Part shown: positions 22,170-34,665 of the stretch, in pieces
Layout: each line of letters starts with the position of its first letter
How positions within the stretch are numbered: position 1 is the first letter of the stretch
DNA from: Zhongshania sp.
GTDB lineage: Bacteria; Pseudomonadota; Gammaproteobacteria; Pseudomonadales; Spongiibacteraceae
Assembly (NCBI GenBank): GCA_018066965.1
Contig: JAGPVP010000019.1
Coordinates: forward strand, 18,403 to 82,402
Length of the DNA: 64,000 nt
Direction: 5' to 3'
Translations under genes and position numbers: made by a program
The notes under the pieces: model-generated
The model's input: only the letters and a program-made list of their open reading frames with translations
Told to the model about the DNA's origin: nothing
Database searches by the model: none

Positions 22170-22709
22170 TCAATAATCGAGTAATTCACTTTCTTTTAAT
22201 TCAGCTTCGCTACGCAGCTTTTCCAAAAACTGCAGCTTGGCGTAACTCGCCAACGCCTCGTCGAATTGCTTTTGTGTGTAGCTAGTAGAAAATATCGCTT
22301 TTTGCTTAGTAGCCGCCGCTTCCAAATCACGGTAAAACGCATCTAATGCCGCCTCAGGATCTTTCGCATCCTGCAATTCAGAAAGCTCTTCGCGAAGCTG
22401 CATCTGCTGCATTAAAAACTCAGGGTCTTGGAAAGTGGTAGACGACATATCACTGTCCACACCTGCCAATTTTAGCAAATACGCCGCACGACGGGTTGGT
22501 GAAATTAGAGTTTCATAGGCTTCGTTAATTTGTGACGAGTGCTGCACTGCACGCAGGTGCTCACGCTCACTCGCCCCAGCAAAACGGTCTGGATGAGCCT
22601 CGCGCTGAAGCTCTCTATAGCTGCGGGTTAAATCAGACTGACTGACTTCATAGCTCTGCGGCACAGCCAACAGAGCGAAGTAGTTTTCCCGAGGATTAAA
22701 TTCTGACAT
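22170..22709 (-). CDS. hscB: co-chaperone HscB
   Basis: J-domain HPD (REAHPDRF), INEAYETL, FLMQQM. Start at ATG 22709 avoids overlap with iscA. Confidence 0.95.
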   Translation of the reverse strand: MSEFNPRENYFALLAVPQSYEVSQSDLTRSYRELQREAHPDRFAGASEREHLRAVQHSSQINEAYETLISPTRRAAYLLKLAGVDSDMSSTTFQDPEFLMQQMQLREELSELQDAKDPEAALDAFYRDLEAAATKQKAIFSTSYTQKQFDEALASYAKLQFLEKLRSEAELKESELLDY

Positions 22710-22735
22710 AGCATTATGGCCGGCCGGCAGGGCCG

Positions 22736-23059
22736 CTAGACGGTGAAACTCTCGCCGCAGCCACATTCAGCCGACACATTGGGGTTATTAAATTTCAGGC
22801 CTTCGTTCAGCCCTTCTTTCACAAAGTCTAATTCGGTGCCGTCGAGATACACCATACTTTTAGGGTCGATATAGACCGACGCACCATCACGCTCAAAAAC
22901 TTGATCTTCAGCCTGCGGCTCGTCGACAAACTCCAGCACATAAGCCATACCGGAGCAGCCTGAGGTGCGCACCCCGATACGAATACCTAGGCCGCGACCA
23001 CGACCATCCAGCTGCCGCTTAATATGGCCTGCCGCTGAACTGCTTACTGAAATTGGCAT
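22736..23059 (-). CDS. iscA: Fe-S cluster assembly protein IscA
   Basis: SGCSG and CGCGESF motifs. Confidence 0.97.
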   Translation of the reverse strand: MPISVSSSAAGHIKRQLDGRGRGLGIRIGVRTSGCSGMAYVLEFVDEPQAEDQVFERDGASVYIDPKSMVYLDGTELDFVKEGLNEGLKFNNPNVSAECGCGESFTV

Positions 23060-23079
23060 CTATCCTCTCCCGCCGCGAC

Positions 23080-23466
23080 TTAAGACGCGGCTTTTTTCTT
23101 GCGGTAATCTGATACCGCCGCTTTGATCGCATCTTCTGCTAGAACAGAGCAGTGAATCTTCACTGGTGGCAAGGCCAACTCTTGTGCAATCTCGGTGTTT
23201 TTGATGTGCTCAGCTTCTTCCAGCGTTTTGCCCTTTACCCACTCAGTGAGTAATGAACTAGACGCAATCGCCGAACCGCAACCGTAGGTTTTAAACTTGG
23301 CATCTTCAATAATGCCTTGCGCATTCACCTTGATTTGCAGACGCATTACGTCACCGCAAGCAGGCGCACCCACCATACCGGTACCAATTTCATCAGCGCT
23401 GTCGTCAAACTTACCGACGTTGCGTGGATTCTCGTAGTGATCGAGTACTTTTTCGCTATATGCCAT
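23080..23466 (-). CDS. iscU: Fe-S scaffold IscU
   Basis: YSEKVLDHYENPRNVG, GAPACGD, LPPVKIHCS. Confidence 0.98.
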   Translation of the reverse strand: MAYSEKVLDHYENPRNVGKFDDSADEIGTGMVGAPACGDVMRLQIKVNAQGIIEDAKFKTYGCGSAIASSSLLTEWVKGKTLEEAEHIKNTEIAQELALPPVKIHCSVLAEDAIKAAVSDYRKKKAAS

Positions 23467-23492
23467 GATGTCGTCCTCTCACGCTGAGTAGC

Positions 23493-24707
23493 TTAATGAG
23501 CCGCCCATTCAATACTGTCCAAATCTACGCCATCTTTGTACATATCCCACAAAGGTGACAATTCTCGTAATTTATCAACTGCTGCGCGAACTTGCGTAAT
23601 GGCATAGTCCACTTCCTCTGGCGTTGTGAAGCGCCCGAAAGAAAAACGCAGTGAGCTGTGTGCTAATTCATCATTCAAACCAAGCGCACGTAATACATAT
23701 GATGGCTCCAAACTGGCTGATGTACAGGCAGAACCTGAGGACACCGCCAAATCTTTCAAAGACATAATCAGGGATTCGCCTTCAACAAAGGCCAAGCTGA
23801 CGTTCAAATTACCTGGCAGACGTTTTTCAATATCGCCGTTGATATGAACCTGCTCAATATCTTTTAAACCTTCCCAAAATTGATTGCGCAACGCCAGTGA
23901 ATGATCTGCATCTTGCACCATTTCTTGACGGGCAATTTCACAGGCAGCACCCATTCCCACAATTTGGTGAGTGGGCAATGTGCCTGAACGCATACCGCGC
24001 TCATGGCCGCCACCGTGCATTTGCGCCTCTAAACGGATACGTGGCTTACGACGCACGTATAAGGCGCCAACCCCTTTAGGCCCGTACATTTTGTGAGCAG
24101 ACATAGATAGCAAATCAACTTTCATTGCCTCCATATCGATAGTCACTTTACCCGCTGTCTGCGCCGCGTCTACGTGGAAAACCACGCCATTAGCACGACA
24201 CACTTCACCGATACCGGCGATATCATTAATGGTACCGATCTCGTTATTGGCGTGCATGATGCTCACCACAACGGTATCTTCACGCAGGGCAGCAGCAATC
24301 GCTTCCGGTGTAATAAGCCCCTTGTCGGTTGGGTCTAGATACGTCACTTCAAAGCCTTCGCGCTCTAGTTGACGACAGGTGTCCAGCACCGCTTTGTGTT
24401 CGATTTTTGAGGTAATAACATGCTTACCTTTTTTGCTATAAAAGTGCGCAGCACCCTTAATGGCAAGGTTATTTGACTCAGTTGCACCAGAAGTCCAAAC
24501 AATTTCACGAGGGTCGGCATTTAACAGATCTGCAACCTGACGGCGAGCATTCTCTACCGCTTCTTCTGCCTTCCAGCCGAATAAGTGAGATCGCGACGCC
24601 GGATTGCCAAACACACCCTCGGTGGTTAGACAGGCCATCATTTTCTCTGCAACCCGGGGATCAACCGGCGTTGTTGCGGAGTAATCCAAATAAATCGGCA
24701 ACTGCAT
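23493..24707 (-). CDS. iscS: cysteine desulfurase IscS
   Basis: [33 protein letters not shown]. Confidence 0.98.
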   Translation of the reverse strand: MQLPIYLDYSATTPVDPRVAEKMMACLTTEGVFGNPASRSHLFGWKAEEAVENARRQVADLLNADPREIVWTSGATESNNLAIKGAAHFYSKKGKHVITSKIEHKAVLDTCRQLEREGFEVTYLDPTDKGLITPEAIAAALREDTVVVSIMHANNEIGTINDIAGIGEVCRANGVVFHVDAAQTAGKVTIDMEAMKVDLLSMSAHKMYGPKGVGALYVRRKPRIRLEAQMHGGGHERGMRSGTLPTHQIVGMGAACEIARQEMVQDADHSLALRNQFWEGLKDIEQVHINGDIEKRLPGNLNVSLAFVEGESLIMSLKDLAVSSGSACTSASLEPSYVLRALGLNDELAHSSLRFSFGRFTTPEEVDYAITQVRAAVDKLRELSPLWDMYKDGVDLDSIEWAAH

Positions 24708-24747
24708 AATCTAATCTCCAAATTCTCGGCCGCAGCCAAGAAGTACA

Positions 24748-25224
24748 CTAATCTACCGCAGTTAAAATAATTGACTGCGCATTACGCGCCTGCTGTATTT
24801 GGCGCGCTGATACATTTTGAACATCGCGTCGCTCAACCAAACTGGCCAAGCTGATATCGCTTAAAAAATGGTGAATCTGATCACTAAGGTCAGACCACAA
24901 ATTGTGTGTCAAACAGGTTTGGCCGTCCTGACAGTCGCTTTTACCCGCACAGCCAGTGGCATCCACTCGCTCATCAACTGCGTCAATAATTTCAGCGACA
25001 AAAATAGTTTCGACTGGTCTACTGAGGCGATAACCACCACCAGGACCGCGAATACTACATACCAAATCTTTGCGTCGCAGCTTGGCAAACAACTGCTCTA
25101 GGTACGACAATGATATATCTTGCCGCCCCGACACATCAGCTAAACTAATGGGGCCGCGATCACCGTACAACGCCAAATCCAACATGGCTGTCACTGCGTA
25201 ACGGCCTTTTGTCGTTAATCGCAT
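24748..25224 (-). CDS. iscR: Fe-S cluster regulator IscR
   Basis: [32 protein letters not shown], three Cys plus CLTH.LW. Confidence 0.98.
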   Translation of the reverse strand: MRLTTKGRYAVTAMLDLALYGDRGPISLADVSGRQDISLSYLEQLFAKLRRKDLVCSIRGPGGGYRLSRPVETIFVAEIIDAVDERVDATGCAGKSDCQDGQTCLTHNLWSDLSDQIHHFLSDISLASLVERRDVQNVSARQIQQARNAQSIILTAVD

Positions 25225-25252
25225 AAGCTCACCTACGTTTTTCTACGGTTCA

Positions 25253-25310
25253 ATTATGCAATAACCTAGCAAAACAGTCAACTTTATACCCGACGCTTTT
25301 AGTAGGATTT
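25253..25310 (-). promoter_or_regulatory. iscR sigma70 promoter overlapped by two tandem type-1 IscR sites
   Basis: Minus strand TTGACT-17-CATAAT. Two 25-bp sites, ATAACCTAGCAAAACAGTCAACTTT (25261-25285) and ATACCCGACGCTTTTAGTAGGATTT (25286-25310), resemble ATASYYGACTRWWWYAGTCRRSTAT. Confidence 0.8.
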
Positions 25311-25330
25311 ATGCAGCTTGCAACGGGGGA

Positions 25331-26149
25331 TTATAGAGACTCGCTACCACTATCGCTATCTTTCACCTTCGCTTTACGCACCCAATACTGGGTAGACGTA
25401 AGAATGCCCCGCAGAATATTTACTTCCATCTCATCAAGCCGCGTGCGCTGATACAAACGCCGCAATCGAGTCATGAGCTTTTTAGGTGCCTCCGGGCGCA
25501 AAAAATTAATATCACGCAAGGTTTCTTCTAAATGCACCAAATACCGCTCAAGCTCATCCGCACCAGCCACAGGCACATCCCAATCGGCCATATCATTGCT
25601 ACTCAAATCGTCGCTGAGATTTGCCATACGCAACTCGTAGCTCAACACCTGCACCGCCATCGCAATGTTTAACGAACTGTAGTCAGGGTTAGCAGGAATA
25701 TGCACATGTAAGTTGCAGCGCTGTAACTCTTCATTGGTTAAGCCGCGATCTTCTCGACCAAATACCACCGCCACCTTGTGATTTGCCTCAGCTTCTTTAT
25801 ACGCGCGCTCCATACAATTGCGCGGGTCAAGCAAAGGCCATGGCACCGTTCGCTCACGCGCGCTGGTACCAATAACCAGCTGGCAACCGGCGATAGCGTC
25901 AGCCAAGGTATCGCAGACAATTGCGGAATCGAGCACATCACCTGCACTGGCCGCACGCCAGGTCGCTTCGTCATGAGGGTATTTTTGAGGCTCAACCAAA
26001 TACAACTGCGACAGGCACATATTTTTCATGGCCCGCGCCACCGCACCAATATTCCCCGGATGCGAGGTATTAACCAGCACAATACGGATATTGTCTAAAG
26101 GACTGATGGATGCACTCTGCGGATTTGTCTGCTGCGAACTCATAATCAC
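25331..26149 (-). CDS. trmJ: tRNA (C32/U32-2'-O)-methyltransferase TrmJ
   Basis: SHPGNIGAVARAMKNM, FGREDRGLTNEEL, IPANPDYSSLN, EVNILRGIL. Confidence 0.96.
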   Translation of the reverse strand: MIMSSQQTNPQSASISPLDNIRIVLVNTSHPGNIGAVARAMKNMCLSQLYLVEPQKYPHDEATWRAASAGDVLDSAIVCDTLADAIAGCQLVIGTSARERTVPWPLLDPRNCMERAYKEAEANHKVAVVFGREDRGLTNEELQRCNLHVHIPANPDYSSLNIAMAVQVLSYELRMANLSDDLSSNDMADWDVPVAGADELERYLVHLEETLRDINFLRPEAPKKLMTRLRRLYQRTRLDEMEVNILRGILTSTQYWVRKAKVKDSDSGSESL

Positions 26150-26160
26150 GGCTCTTTTTA

Positions 26161-26180
26161 GGAGCCGCGCATTCTACCAG
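26161..26180 (-). promoter_or_regulatory. extended -10 promoter with GC-rich discriminator for trmJ
   Basis: Minus strand TGGTAGAAT-GCGCGGC in the 41-bp tilS-trmJ gap. Confidence 0.55.
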
Positions 26181-26190
26181 AAGCTATCGA

Positions 26191-27528
26191 TCAGGTCAGC
26201 GGCTCAATCTGCCATTGCAAACTTAGGCCTGACTCACCCGCACGCGCACTAAAACCCTCACAAATTGCCATATCAGCAATGGCCGCCAACTCATCGTCAC
26301 AATATATCAACGGCAAGCAGTCACGCTCCCAGGGCGGAACCCCCCACTCCTGCAGCAGTTTTTTCAAAGACTTACTTTGCTTATGCCCTGTAAGACGGCA
26401 TCGCTCGCCACCCCGTCGAAAGCGTATAGTCATGCTTCCACGCGGCACAAACTCACCACCACCTAAGCTGCTAAGCCGACCAAGCCCTTGAATCAAACAG
26501 TCACCACGCCCATCCCAAGACTGCACCAAATCAGCATCAAATACGCGAGTCCCACCGGTCGGTTCACAGTACAACAAGCCTCGATACGCCCTTAACGTAA
26601 GACCAGTGCGCAATTGAAACACCGCCTGACCATCATCACGAACATTCAAAAACTGATTAATAATCTCTTGGGTTTGCACTTTATCTAACCGTAGATCAGC
26701 TCGGACAAAAACGAAATGCCGCAGCACCGCCCGCTGTCGCACAGGGATTAAATTCGCCAAACCAACAAGATCTAGCGCGCCGCAAATATCGGTAAGCGCA
26801 CTTACATCGGCATTCAGATATGCATCTAGCAACTGCGCGGCTTCTGCCTGCAATTCAGCGGCACTGCTTATGCTTTCGCGATAGCTTGGCCACTGCTCGG
26901 CCAATACCGGCGTAACACGATGACGAAGAAAGTTACGCCGATAATGTGGATCTTTGTTACTGGGATCTTCAATCCACTCAAGACCTTGCGCATTCGCATA
27001 AGATTCCAGCACTGAGCGCGAGACTTCCAGCAAAGGTCGAAACAATAACCCGCACCCCAATGGCCGCGTGACTGGCATTGCCGCCAAGCCTGCAACACCA
27101 GCGCCGCGCAATAGCCGCAGCAAAAATGTTTCGGCTTGGTCGTCTTGGTGATGGGCGAACAACACCACGTCACCATCACCCACCACGCCTTCAAACACCT
27201 GATATCGCGCCGCTCTAGCGAGACTTTCGGTACCTTGTCGGCGCCCTTGAATATCTACGGTATGAATTTGAATGGGAATAACGTATTCGTCGCAGCGACG
27301 CAGGCATTGCTGCGCCCAAGCTGCGGAATCTAGCTGTAATTGATGATTAATATGGATGGCGCGCAATTCAGGAAATAGCTCGCCGTTGCGCAGCGCGCAC
27401 TGCTGCAAACGCCAAACAAGATCAAGTAATACGTGGGAGTCTAATCCGCCGCTATAGGCGATATACCAACGCTGACACCCTAAATAGGGTGTCAGCGTGT
27501 TTGTAACATGGGACAGCAGTTCGGTCAT
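26191..27528 (-). CDS. tilS: tRNA(Ile)-lysidine synthetase
   Basis: AYSGGLDS PP-loop, AHHQDDQAET, RPLL, DPSN, RNFLR, KKLLQEWGVPPWER. Confidence 0.96.
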   Translation of the reverse strand: MTELLSHVTNTLTPYLGCQRWYIAYSGGLDSHVLLDLVWRLQQCALRNGELFPELRAIHINHQLQLDSAAWAQQCLRRCDEYVIPIQIHTVDIQGRRQGTESLARAARYQVFEGVVGDGDVVLFAHHQDDQAETFLLRLLRGAGVAGLAAMPVTRPLGCGLLFRPLLEVSRSVLESYANAQGLEWIEDPSNKDPHYRRNFLRHRVTPVLAEQWPSYRESISSAAELQAEAAQLLDAYLNADVSALTDICGALDLVGLANLIPVRQRAVLRHFVFVRADLRLDKVQTQEIINQFLNVRDDGQAVFQLRTGLTLRAYRGLLYCEPTGGTRVFDADLVQSWDGRGDCLIQGLGRLSSLGGGEFVPRGSMTIRFRRGGERCRLTGHKQSKSLKKLLQEWGVPPWERDCLPLIYCDDELAAIADMAICEGFSARAGESGLSLQWQIEPLT

Positions 27529-27563
27529 AGCAAGCTCCGCGCCCCACACTAAGATGGAGAGGC

Positions 27564-28514
27564 CTAGCTAACGCCGTAAGACATGAGACGATCATAGCGC
27601 GTGTTCAGCAATTCTTTCTCTGACAAGCCCTGTAAACGTGTAATTTGCGCAGCGATATGGTCGCGCACGCGAGCCGCACTTAAATCAATATCTCTGTGCG
27701 CCCCGCCCCGTGGTTCAGGAATAGTCGCATCGACAATACCAAGCTCTTCAAGCACAGTTGAGGTCAAGCCCATCGCCTCTGCCGCATCGGGCGCGAACTC
27801 AGAACTCTTCCAAATAATATTGGCACAACCTTCTGGCGAAATAACGAAGTAGGTTGAATATTGCAACATCGCAATATGGTCACCAACACCAATACCGAGC
27901 GCACCACCAGAACTACCCTCACCAATCACAACACAGACGATAGGGGTTTTTAACCGCGACATTACCGCAAGATTCTGAGCGATGGCTTCGCTGATACCGC
28001 GCTCTTCGCTATCAATACCGGGGTACGCGCCAGGCGTATCAATTAAGGTCACAATCGGCAAATGATAGCGCTCAGCCAATTCCATCAGACGCAGTGCTTT
28101 ACGATATCCTTCGGGCTTGGGCATACCAAAGTTGCGCTTCACTTTCTCGGTAACGCCGCGGCCCTTTTCCTGACCAATGACCATTACCGGCATACCATTT
28201 AGCTTGCCAATACCCGCAACTATCGCGGCATCATCACCAAAGTGGCGATCACCATGCAACTCATCAAAGTCCGTGAAAATACGGCGAATGTAATCAAGCG
28301 TATATGGCCGCATGGGATGCCTAGCAATCTTAACGACGTTCCAGGGCGTTAGATTTGAAAAAATCTTCTCCGTCAGCTTGCTACTTTTTTCCCGCAGCTT
28401 AGTGATCTCTTCATTGATATTGAGATCGTTGTCGCTTCCGACAAGCTGCAGCTCTTCGATTTTGGCTTCCAGCTCGGCAATAGGTTGTTCAAAATCAAGA
28501 TAATTCGGATTCAT
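27564..28514 (-). CDS. accA: acetyl-CoA carboxylase carboxyltransferase alpha subunit
   Basis: [37 protein letters not shown]. Confidence 0.98.
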   Translation of the reverse strand: MNPNYLDFEQPIAELEAKIEELQLVGSDNDLNINEEITKLREKSSKLTEKIFSNLTPWNVVKIARHPMRPYTLDYIRRIFTDFDELHGDRHFGDDAAIVAGIGKLNGMPVMVIGQEKGRGVTEKVKRNFGMPKPEGYRKALRLMELAERYHLPIVTLIDTPGAYPGIDSEERGISEAIAQNLAVMSRLKTPIVCVVIGEGSSGGALGIGVGDHIAMLQYSTYFVISPEGCANIIWKSSEFAPDAAEAMGLTSTVLEELGIVDATIPEPRGGAHRDIDLSAARVRDHIAAQITRLQGLSEKELLNTRYDRLMSYGVS

Positions 28515-28598
28515 TGCTCTGTATTATTCGCTCGTTGTTTCCGGACATGCCCACATTTCACACTAGTAAATGGGCCCATTCATGGCGTTGATTATACG

Positions 28599-31500
28599 TT
28601 AATCGTAATTGATCACCACGTTATTTGCGCCACACTCGTCACGTAATCGCAGTAATAACTCATCGTTTGGCAGGATTCGCCAATTGTCACCTAGCCGAAT
28701 GCGCGCTGCGCCCTCAGCCCGCTGATAATGAATTACCACTGGGCAACGACCGCCTTTAGCCACAGTTAGTGCGCCTTTCAGACGATCTAGGCCGTCATTT
28801 TCTAGTGTGCTAGAAGAGACCGAAACCTGCAATTCTTTGGCGCTCTGATCTCTTGCTTCGGCGATGCTTTTCACCGCTTTAACCCGCATTTTTTTGCCGC
28901 CACTATATTCGTCATTGCTGCAAATACCCTCAACAACAATCACAGTATCTTTAATCAGCTTCTCGCGACACTCGTCGTAGGCATCACTAAACAAGGCAAC
29001 TTCAATGCGAGCACTGCGGTCGTCCAGCAACACAAAGGCCATAGTATCGCCGCGTTTATTCTTCATAGTGCGCATACTCATTACTAGACCAGCAATGGTT
29101 TGCGGGTGTTTTTCTGGGTTCAGATCAACGATTTTCTTAGGCACAAAACGACGCAACTCCGACTCGTAATCGTCGATGGGGTGACCGGTGACATATAGCC
29201 CCAACGTTTCCTTTTCACCCAGCAAGCGCTCTTTACTCGTCCAGCGGCGCACATTTTGAAACGGCGCATACACATCGCGACTAACAACCGCCAATGTTTC
29301 GCCAAACAAATCCGTCATACCACTTTCAGTATTCTTGGCCGATTGCTCCGCGCCCTGAACCGCCTCGGACATTGCCGCCATCAGAATCGCGCGGTCTTCG
29401 CCCCAATCATCAAACGCACCCGAGCGAATAAGCGCCTCTAATGCCCGCTTATTCACTTTTCGCGGATCGGTACGTTCGCAAAATTCAAATAAGTTTACAA
29501 ATGGGCCACCCGCGTTACGCGCAGCAATAATATTTTCAACTGGGCCCTCACCCAAACCTTTAATGGCGCCTAAGCCGTAAACGATCTGACCGCGATCATT
29601 TACAGTGAACATATACTCCCCTTCATTTACCGAAGGCAATTTATAGTCCAGTTTCATGTCCCGACATTCTTCAATGAAGATAACGATTTTGTCGGTATTG
29701 TCCAGTTCTGAACTCATTACCGCCGCCATAAAGGGCGCCGGATAATGAGTTTTTAGCCACGCAGTTTGATAGGAAACGAGTGCATAAGCCGCCGAATGCG
29801 ACTTGTTAAACCCGTACCCCGCAAACTTTTCCATCAAGTCGAAGATATTAGACGCCAGGTCTTCTGCAAAGCCTTTTTCTACCGCACCGGCTTGAAACAA
29901 GACCCGCTGCTTCTCCATTTCTTCGGGCTTTTTCTTACCCATGGCGCGACGTAATAAATCCGCGCCGCCAAGAGTGTAGCCGCCCATTTCCTGCGCGATC
30001 TGCATTACCTGTTCTTGGTACAAAATAATACCGTAGGTCGGTCCTAGCACCGGTTTCAAACAATCGTGTTGATATTGCGGATGAGGATAGGCCAGCTCGG
30101 CACGCCCGTGCTTACGGTTTATAAAATCGTCAACCATGCCCGACTGCAATGGTCCCGGACGAAACAGTGCCACCAGTGCAATAATATCTTCGAAACAATC
30201 CGGTAGTAGACGCTTTATCAGGTCTTTCATGCCGCGAGATTCTAACTGGAATACCGCCGTGGTTTCCGCACGTTTGAGCAGCTCAAAGGTCGGCCTATCC
30301 TGTAAGGGAATGGCCATAATATCCAATGGCGGCTCATCTAATTTGGCGCGCTGCGCATTGACAATTTTAAGCGCCCAATCAATGATCGTTAAGGTGCGCA
30401 GCCCCAAAAAGTCGAATTTAACAAGGCCCGCGTCTTCGACATCACTCTTATCAAACTGGGTTACCAGTCCACCGCCAGTGTCATCACAATAAAGCGGCGC
30501 AAAATCCGTTAATTTTGATGGCGCGATAACCACACCACCCGCGTGCTTACCTACACCGCGCACCACGCCTTCTAACTGTACGGCCATGTCCCAAATTTCT
30601 TGGGCAGCTTCGTCATTCACCAAAAATTCACGCAGCACTTCTTCTTGCTCATGAGCCTTGGCTAGCGTCATTCCCACTTCAAAGGGAATCATTTTTGAAA
30701 GTTTATCGGCAAGACCGTAGGCCTTACCCTGTACGCGGGCAACATCCCGCACCACCGCTTTAGCTGCCATGGTGCCAAAGGTAATAATTTGACTCACCGC
30801 GTCGCGACCGTAATTGTCGGCAACGTAGTTAATAACGCGGTCACGACCATCCATACAGAAGTCGACATCGAAATCGGGCATCGATACCCGCTCTGGATTC
30901 AAAAAACGCTCGAACAGCAAGTCGTACTGAATAGGATCAAGATCGGTAATTTTTAACGCGTAGGCAACTAGCGATCCCGCACCCGAACCCCGCCCGGGAC
31001 CAACGGGAATATCATGATCTTTGGCCCACTGAATGAAGTCCATCACGATCAAGAAGTAACCGGGAAATCCCATTTGCAAAATAACGTTTAGCTCAAAATC
31101 TAAGCGGTCTCGATATTCTTTTTGGTGATCTGCAAATTCCGGCGCATTACTATCAAAAAGAAAATCTAAACGTTCATCCAAGCCTGTGTGGCAGAGCTCA
31201 CGGAAAAAGCTCTCTTGGGTTAAACCCTCTGGAATTGGGTATTCGGGAAGATAATAGGTGCCGAGCTGTATCGTTAAATTACAACGTTTGGCGATTTCAA
31301 CACTATTCTGTAGCGCTTCAGGAATATCGGCAAACAGCGCCTGCATTTCTTCTGCGCTGCGCAGATACTGCTGCTCGCTATAATTTCGCGGCCGCCGCGG
31401 ATCATCGAGCACGCGACCATCGCGAATACAAACCCGCGCTTCGTGGGCATCAAACTCATCAGAATCTAAAAACCGGACATCATTGGTTGCCACCACAGGG

Positions 31501-32081
31501 CAAGCTGCTTGCTCCGCCAACGCAACCGCAGCATGTAAGTATTCATCTTCGTATTGGCGACCGGTACGTTGCAACTCAATATAAAATCGATCAGGAAAAA
31601 CACCAAGCCAACGGGCGAGACTTGTCGCAGCGACATCGGCTTTACCACCCAAAAGCAATTGGCCCACGTCACCTTCACGCCCACCAGACAGCGCAATAAG
31701 CCCTTCGCTGGCCTCTTCCACCCAGCTGCGTTTAACATAGGCTCGGCCCAAATACTGACCTTCCAAATAGGCGCGGGACATCAACTCGGTAAGATTGCGA
31801 TAACCAGTTTGGTTTTGCGCCAACAAACATAGAACACTGGTTTGATCAGGATCGTCGTCATCGCGAACCAATAAATCACTACCAAAAATCGGCTTAATGC
31901 CGGCGCCCGTTGCCGCTTTTTGAAATTTAATTAAGGCGTAAAAATTATTAAGATCCGTTAGTGCAACGGCTGGCATATTCAGGCCGGCAACGCGCTTTGC
32001 TAATGCCTTTACACGCACCAAGCCATCGACAATCGAATACTCAGAATGCACACGCAAATGAACAAATTGATCTGAAATCAT
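28599..32081 (-). CDS. dnaE: DNA polymerase III alpha subunit
   Basis: PHP domain [57 protein letters not shown]. Confidence 0.99.
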   Translation of the reverse strand: MISDQFVHLRVHSEYSIVDGLVRVKALAKRVAGLNMPAVALTDLNNFYALIKFQKAATGAGIKPIFGSDLLVRDDDDPDQTSVLCLLAQNQTGYRNLTELMSRAYLEGQYLGRAYVKRSWVEEASEGLIALSGGREGDVGQLLLGGKADVAATSLARWLGVFPDRFYIELQRTGRQYEDEYLHAAVALAEQAACPVVATNDVRFLDSDEFDAHEARVCIRDGRVLDDPRRPRNYSEQQYLRSAEEMQALFADIPEALQNSVEIAKRCNLTIQLGTYYLPEYPIPEGLTQESFFRELCHTGLDERLDFLFDSNAPEFADHQKEYRDRLDFELNVILQMGFPGYFLIVMDFIQWAKDHDIPVGPGRGSGAGSLVAYALKITDLDPIQYDLLFERFLNPERVSMPDFDVDFCMDGRDRVINYVADNYGRDAVSQIITFGTMAAKAVVRDVARVQGKAYGLADKLSKMIPFEVGMTLAKAHEQEEVLREFLVNDEAAQEIWDMAVQLEGVVRGVGKHAGGVVIAPSKLTDFAPLYCDDTGGGLVTQFDKSDVEDAGLVKFDFLGLRTLTIIDWALKIVNAQRAKLDEPPLDIMAIPLQDRPTFELLKRAETTAVFQLESRGMKDLIKRLLPDCFEDIIALVALFRPGPLQSGMVDDFINRKHGRAELAYPHPQYQHDCLKPVLGPTYGIILYQEQVMQIAQEMGGYTLGGADLLRRAMGKKKPEEMEKQRVLFQAGAVEKGFAEDLASNIFDLMEKFAGYGFNKSHSAAYALVSYQTAWLKTHYPAPFMAAVMSSELDNTDKIVIFIEECRDMKLDYKLPSVNEGEYMFTVNDRGQIVYGLGAIKGLGEGPVENIIAARNAGGPFVNLFEFCERTDPRKVNKRALEALIRSGAFDDWGEDRAILMAAMSEAVQGAEQSAKNTESGMTDLFGETLAVVSRDVYAPFQNVRRWTSKERLLGEKETLGLYVTGHPIDDYESELRRFVPKKIVDLNPEKHPQTIAGLVMSMRTMKNKRGDTMAFVLLDDRSARIEVALFSDAYDECREKLIKDTVIVVEGICSNDEYSGGKKMRVKAVKSIAEARDQSAKELQVSVSSSTLENDGLDRLKGALTVAKGGRCPVVIHYQRAEGAARIRLGDNWRILPNDELLLRLRDECGANNVVINYD

Positions 32082-32689
32082 TGCTCCGCCTCTAAAATCG
32101 CCCGAACGGGAGCATAACTACGCCGATGAATTGGCGTAACACCCAGCAGTTTTAAAGCCTCTAGATGCACCTTGGTTGGGTAACCTTTATGACCGGCCAT
32201 ACCGTAGCCGGGATAGGTCGCGTCCATTTCGGCCATTTCACGATCACGAGTAACCTTGGCTAAAATCGATGCCGCAGCTATCGCCGGCACTCGGCTATCG
32301 CCTTTAACGACAGCTTGCGCGCGATAAGGCCAGTTCGGCACTTTATTACCGTCCACCAACACAAACTCAGGCTGTACCCCTAAGCCAGCCACCGCACGAT
32401 GCATCGCTAACAAACTTGCCTGCAAAATATTTATTTCGTCGATTTCTGCCACCGACGCTCTTGCGATACAAAAACTCAGCGCCTTTTCTTTTATTTCAAT
32501 ATACAGCGCTTCGCGACGCTTTTCGCTCAGCTTTTTAGAATCGTTTAAACCAACAATGGGCTTATCCGGATCAAGAATAACCGCCGCGGTTACCACATCC
32601 CCACATAGGGGGCCACGACCCACTTCATCAACACCGGCCGTTAAAACGGGAACATCAAACTCGGCAAATAGGTCGTCGATCTTAGACAT
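32078..32689 (-). CDS. rnhB: ribonuclease HII
   Basis: [37 protein letters not shown]. Confidence 0.97.
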   Translation of the reverse strand: MSKIDDLFAEFDVPVLTAGVDEVGRGPLCGDVVTAAVILDPDKPIVGLNDSKKLSEKRREALYIEIKEKALSFCIARASVAEIDEINILQASLLAMHRAVAGLGVQPEFVLVDGNKVPNWPYRAQAVVKGDSRVPAIAAASILAKVTRDREMAEMDATYPGYGMAGHKGYPTKVHLEALKLLGVTPIHRRSYAPVRAILEAEQ

Positions 32690-33833
32690 TCGGCACTCCG
32701 GCACACTGCAATACAACGTCGGCAGCTCGTTCGCTCGCTCCGCGGGCGAGCTGACGATGAATAGTCTGGAATTCGGCGATTAAGGTTTCGCGGTGATTAG
32801 CGTTATTTAACTGCTCTAATAATAGTGGCCCAATGACCTCTGCACACACTTCGTCTTGTAGTAGCTCTGGCACCAATGCCCGTTGCGCCAACAAATTAGG
32901 TAACGAGAAGAACGGCGTTTTCACTAGACGGGAAAATAACTTGTACGACCATTTACCAAAGCGATACGCAACGACCATCGGCCGCTGAAGTAACAGCGCT
33001 TCTAAACTGGTGGTTCCGGAAGCCATTAAAACAACATCCGATGCCGCCATCACAGTGCGCGACTTGCCGAGCACCACTCTTACTGGCAAATCCCGTGATA
33101 ATGCGGCTACAGCCTGCAAAATTTGTTGCTTGCGTTCGGTATTAGCCGCAGGAATTAAAAATTCGATATTGGGTTGCGCACGCCGCAACCACTGTGCGGT
33201 ATTTAAAAAAGGCTCAATAAGTTGGGCAACTTCGCCGCCCCGACTACCTGGCAAGATTGCCAGCACCGGGTGACCGCCCTCAACATCAAGCTCTGCCCTA
33301 GCCGTAGCACGTTGGTCCACCATTGAAATTTGATCTGCCAAGGGGTGGCCAACACAGGTCACTGGAACGCCGTGTTCTTGATAAAAATGTTCTTCAAAGG
33401 GAAATAAAGTCAGCATGTGATCAACCGCTTTTGCGATCTTTTTCACTCGGCCCTGTCGCCACGCCCACACCGAAGGACTGACATAGTGCAGCGTTTTAAT
33501 GCCTCGCTCACGCAAATAAAGCTCAATATTTAAATTGAAATCCGGCGAGTCGATACCGATAACAATAGCGGGCTGCCAACTTAAAAAATGGGATTTTAAT
33601 AGGCGTCGCAAACGCAATAACTCTGGCAGACGCTTCAGCGGCTCAACAATCCCCATAACCGATAAGCGATCTATATCACATAGGCTACGACAGCCTTGCT
33701 CTATCATTAAGGGGCCACCAACACCTTCGAATACGGCATCAGGATAACGTTGCTTAATGGCGCGAATTAAATCAGCGCCCAAAATATCACCGGAGGCTTC
33801 TCCGGCGATAATACCGATTCGCATTGCAGTCAT
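32682..33833 (-). CDS. lpxB: lipid-A-disaccharide synthase
   Basis: [36 protein letters not shown]. Confidence 0.97.
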   Translation of the reverse strand: MTAMRIGIIAGEASGDILGADLIRAIKQRYPDAVFEGVGGPLMIEQGCRSLCDIDRLSVMGIVEPLKRLPELLRLRRLLKSHFLSWQPAIVIGIDSPDFNLNIELYLRERGIKTLHYVSPSVWAWRQGRVKKIAKAVDHMLTLFPFEEHFYQEHGVPVTCVGHPLADQISMVDQRATARAELDVEGGHPVLAILPGSRGGEVAQLIEPFLNTAQWLRRAQPNIEFLIPAANTERKQQILQAVAALSRDLPVRVVLGKSRTVMAASDVVLMASGTTSLEALLLQRPMVVAYRFGKWSYKLFSRLVKTPFFSLPNLLAQRALVPELLQDEVCAEVIGPLLLEQLNNANHRETLIAEFQTIHRQLARGASERAADVVLQCAGVPNV

Positions 33834-33867
33834 AAAATTGCCATTTGTCGCGGCCGAAAGGCGCGAA

Positions 33868-34665
33868 TTAACGCACAATACCGCGTTGAGATTGTGTCAA
33901 TGAATCCACTAATAACTGTACCGCAGGAAACTCAGCCGCGATTGGCGCCAAAGCCACCAAGGCTTCTTCCACCGTATTATTCTGACGATAAATAATTTTA
34001 TAGCCGCGGCGAATTGCAGCGATGCTCTCTGCACTAAAACCTCGGCGTTTCAAGCCTTCAACATTAATGGTTTTTGCTTCAGCCGGCATACCGCTCACAG
34101 TGACATAAGCGGGAACATCTTTACTAATACCACAGCCAAAACCAGCGAAACTATGAGCGCCAATATGACAAAACTGATGGACCAAAGTGAATCCGCTCAA
34201 AATTGCCCAGTCACCGACAATAACGTGTCCCGCCAACGACGCGTTATTCACCAGTATACAATTGCTACCAATGACCGAGTCGTGGCCTACATGAACATAG
34301 GCCATCAATAAATTCTTATCGCCAATAATAGTTTGGCCACGGTCTTGAACGGTGCCGCGATGTATTGTCACGCCTTCGCGAATAACATTGTCATCGCCAA
34401 TAATAAGCTCTGTCGGCTCACCCTTGTATTTTAAATCTGGGGTATCATCACCTACAGTCGAAAACTGATAAATACGATTATTTTTACCAATTTTACTTGG
34501 CCCCATTATCACTACATGGGAGCGAATATCAGAACCGTCTCCGATTTCGACATTCGCGCCAACCATAGTCCAAGGACCAATTTTTACGTTAGCGCCAATC
34601 ACCGCACTCGGATCTATAATTGCGCGTGGATCGACACTTGCCGAAGGATGGATATTATCTGTCAC
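33868..34665 (-). CDS. lpxA: UDP-N-acetylglucosamine O-acyltransferase
   Basis: Hexapeptide repeats, DLKYKGE, TIHRGT, HVGHD, VHQF. Confidence 0.97.
   Translation of the reverse strand: MTDNIHPSASVDPRAIIDPSAVIGANVKIGPWTMVGANVEIGDGSDIRSHVVIMGPSKIGKNNRIYQFSTVGDDTPDLKYKGEPTELIIGDDNVIREGVTIHRGTVQDRGQTIIGDKNLLMAYVHVGHDSVIGSNCILVNNASLAGHVIVGDWAILSGFTLVHQFCHIGAHSFAGFGCGISKDVPAYVTVSGMPAEAKTINVEGLKRRGFSAESIAAIRRGYKIIYRQNNTVEEALVALAPIAAEFPAVQLLVDSLTQSQRGIVR

Noticed and set aside
28599-32081. Intein or split in dnaE
   Set aside because: Length (1160 aa) and motif spacing are normal; no intein signature.
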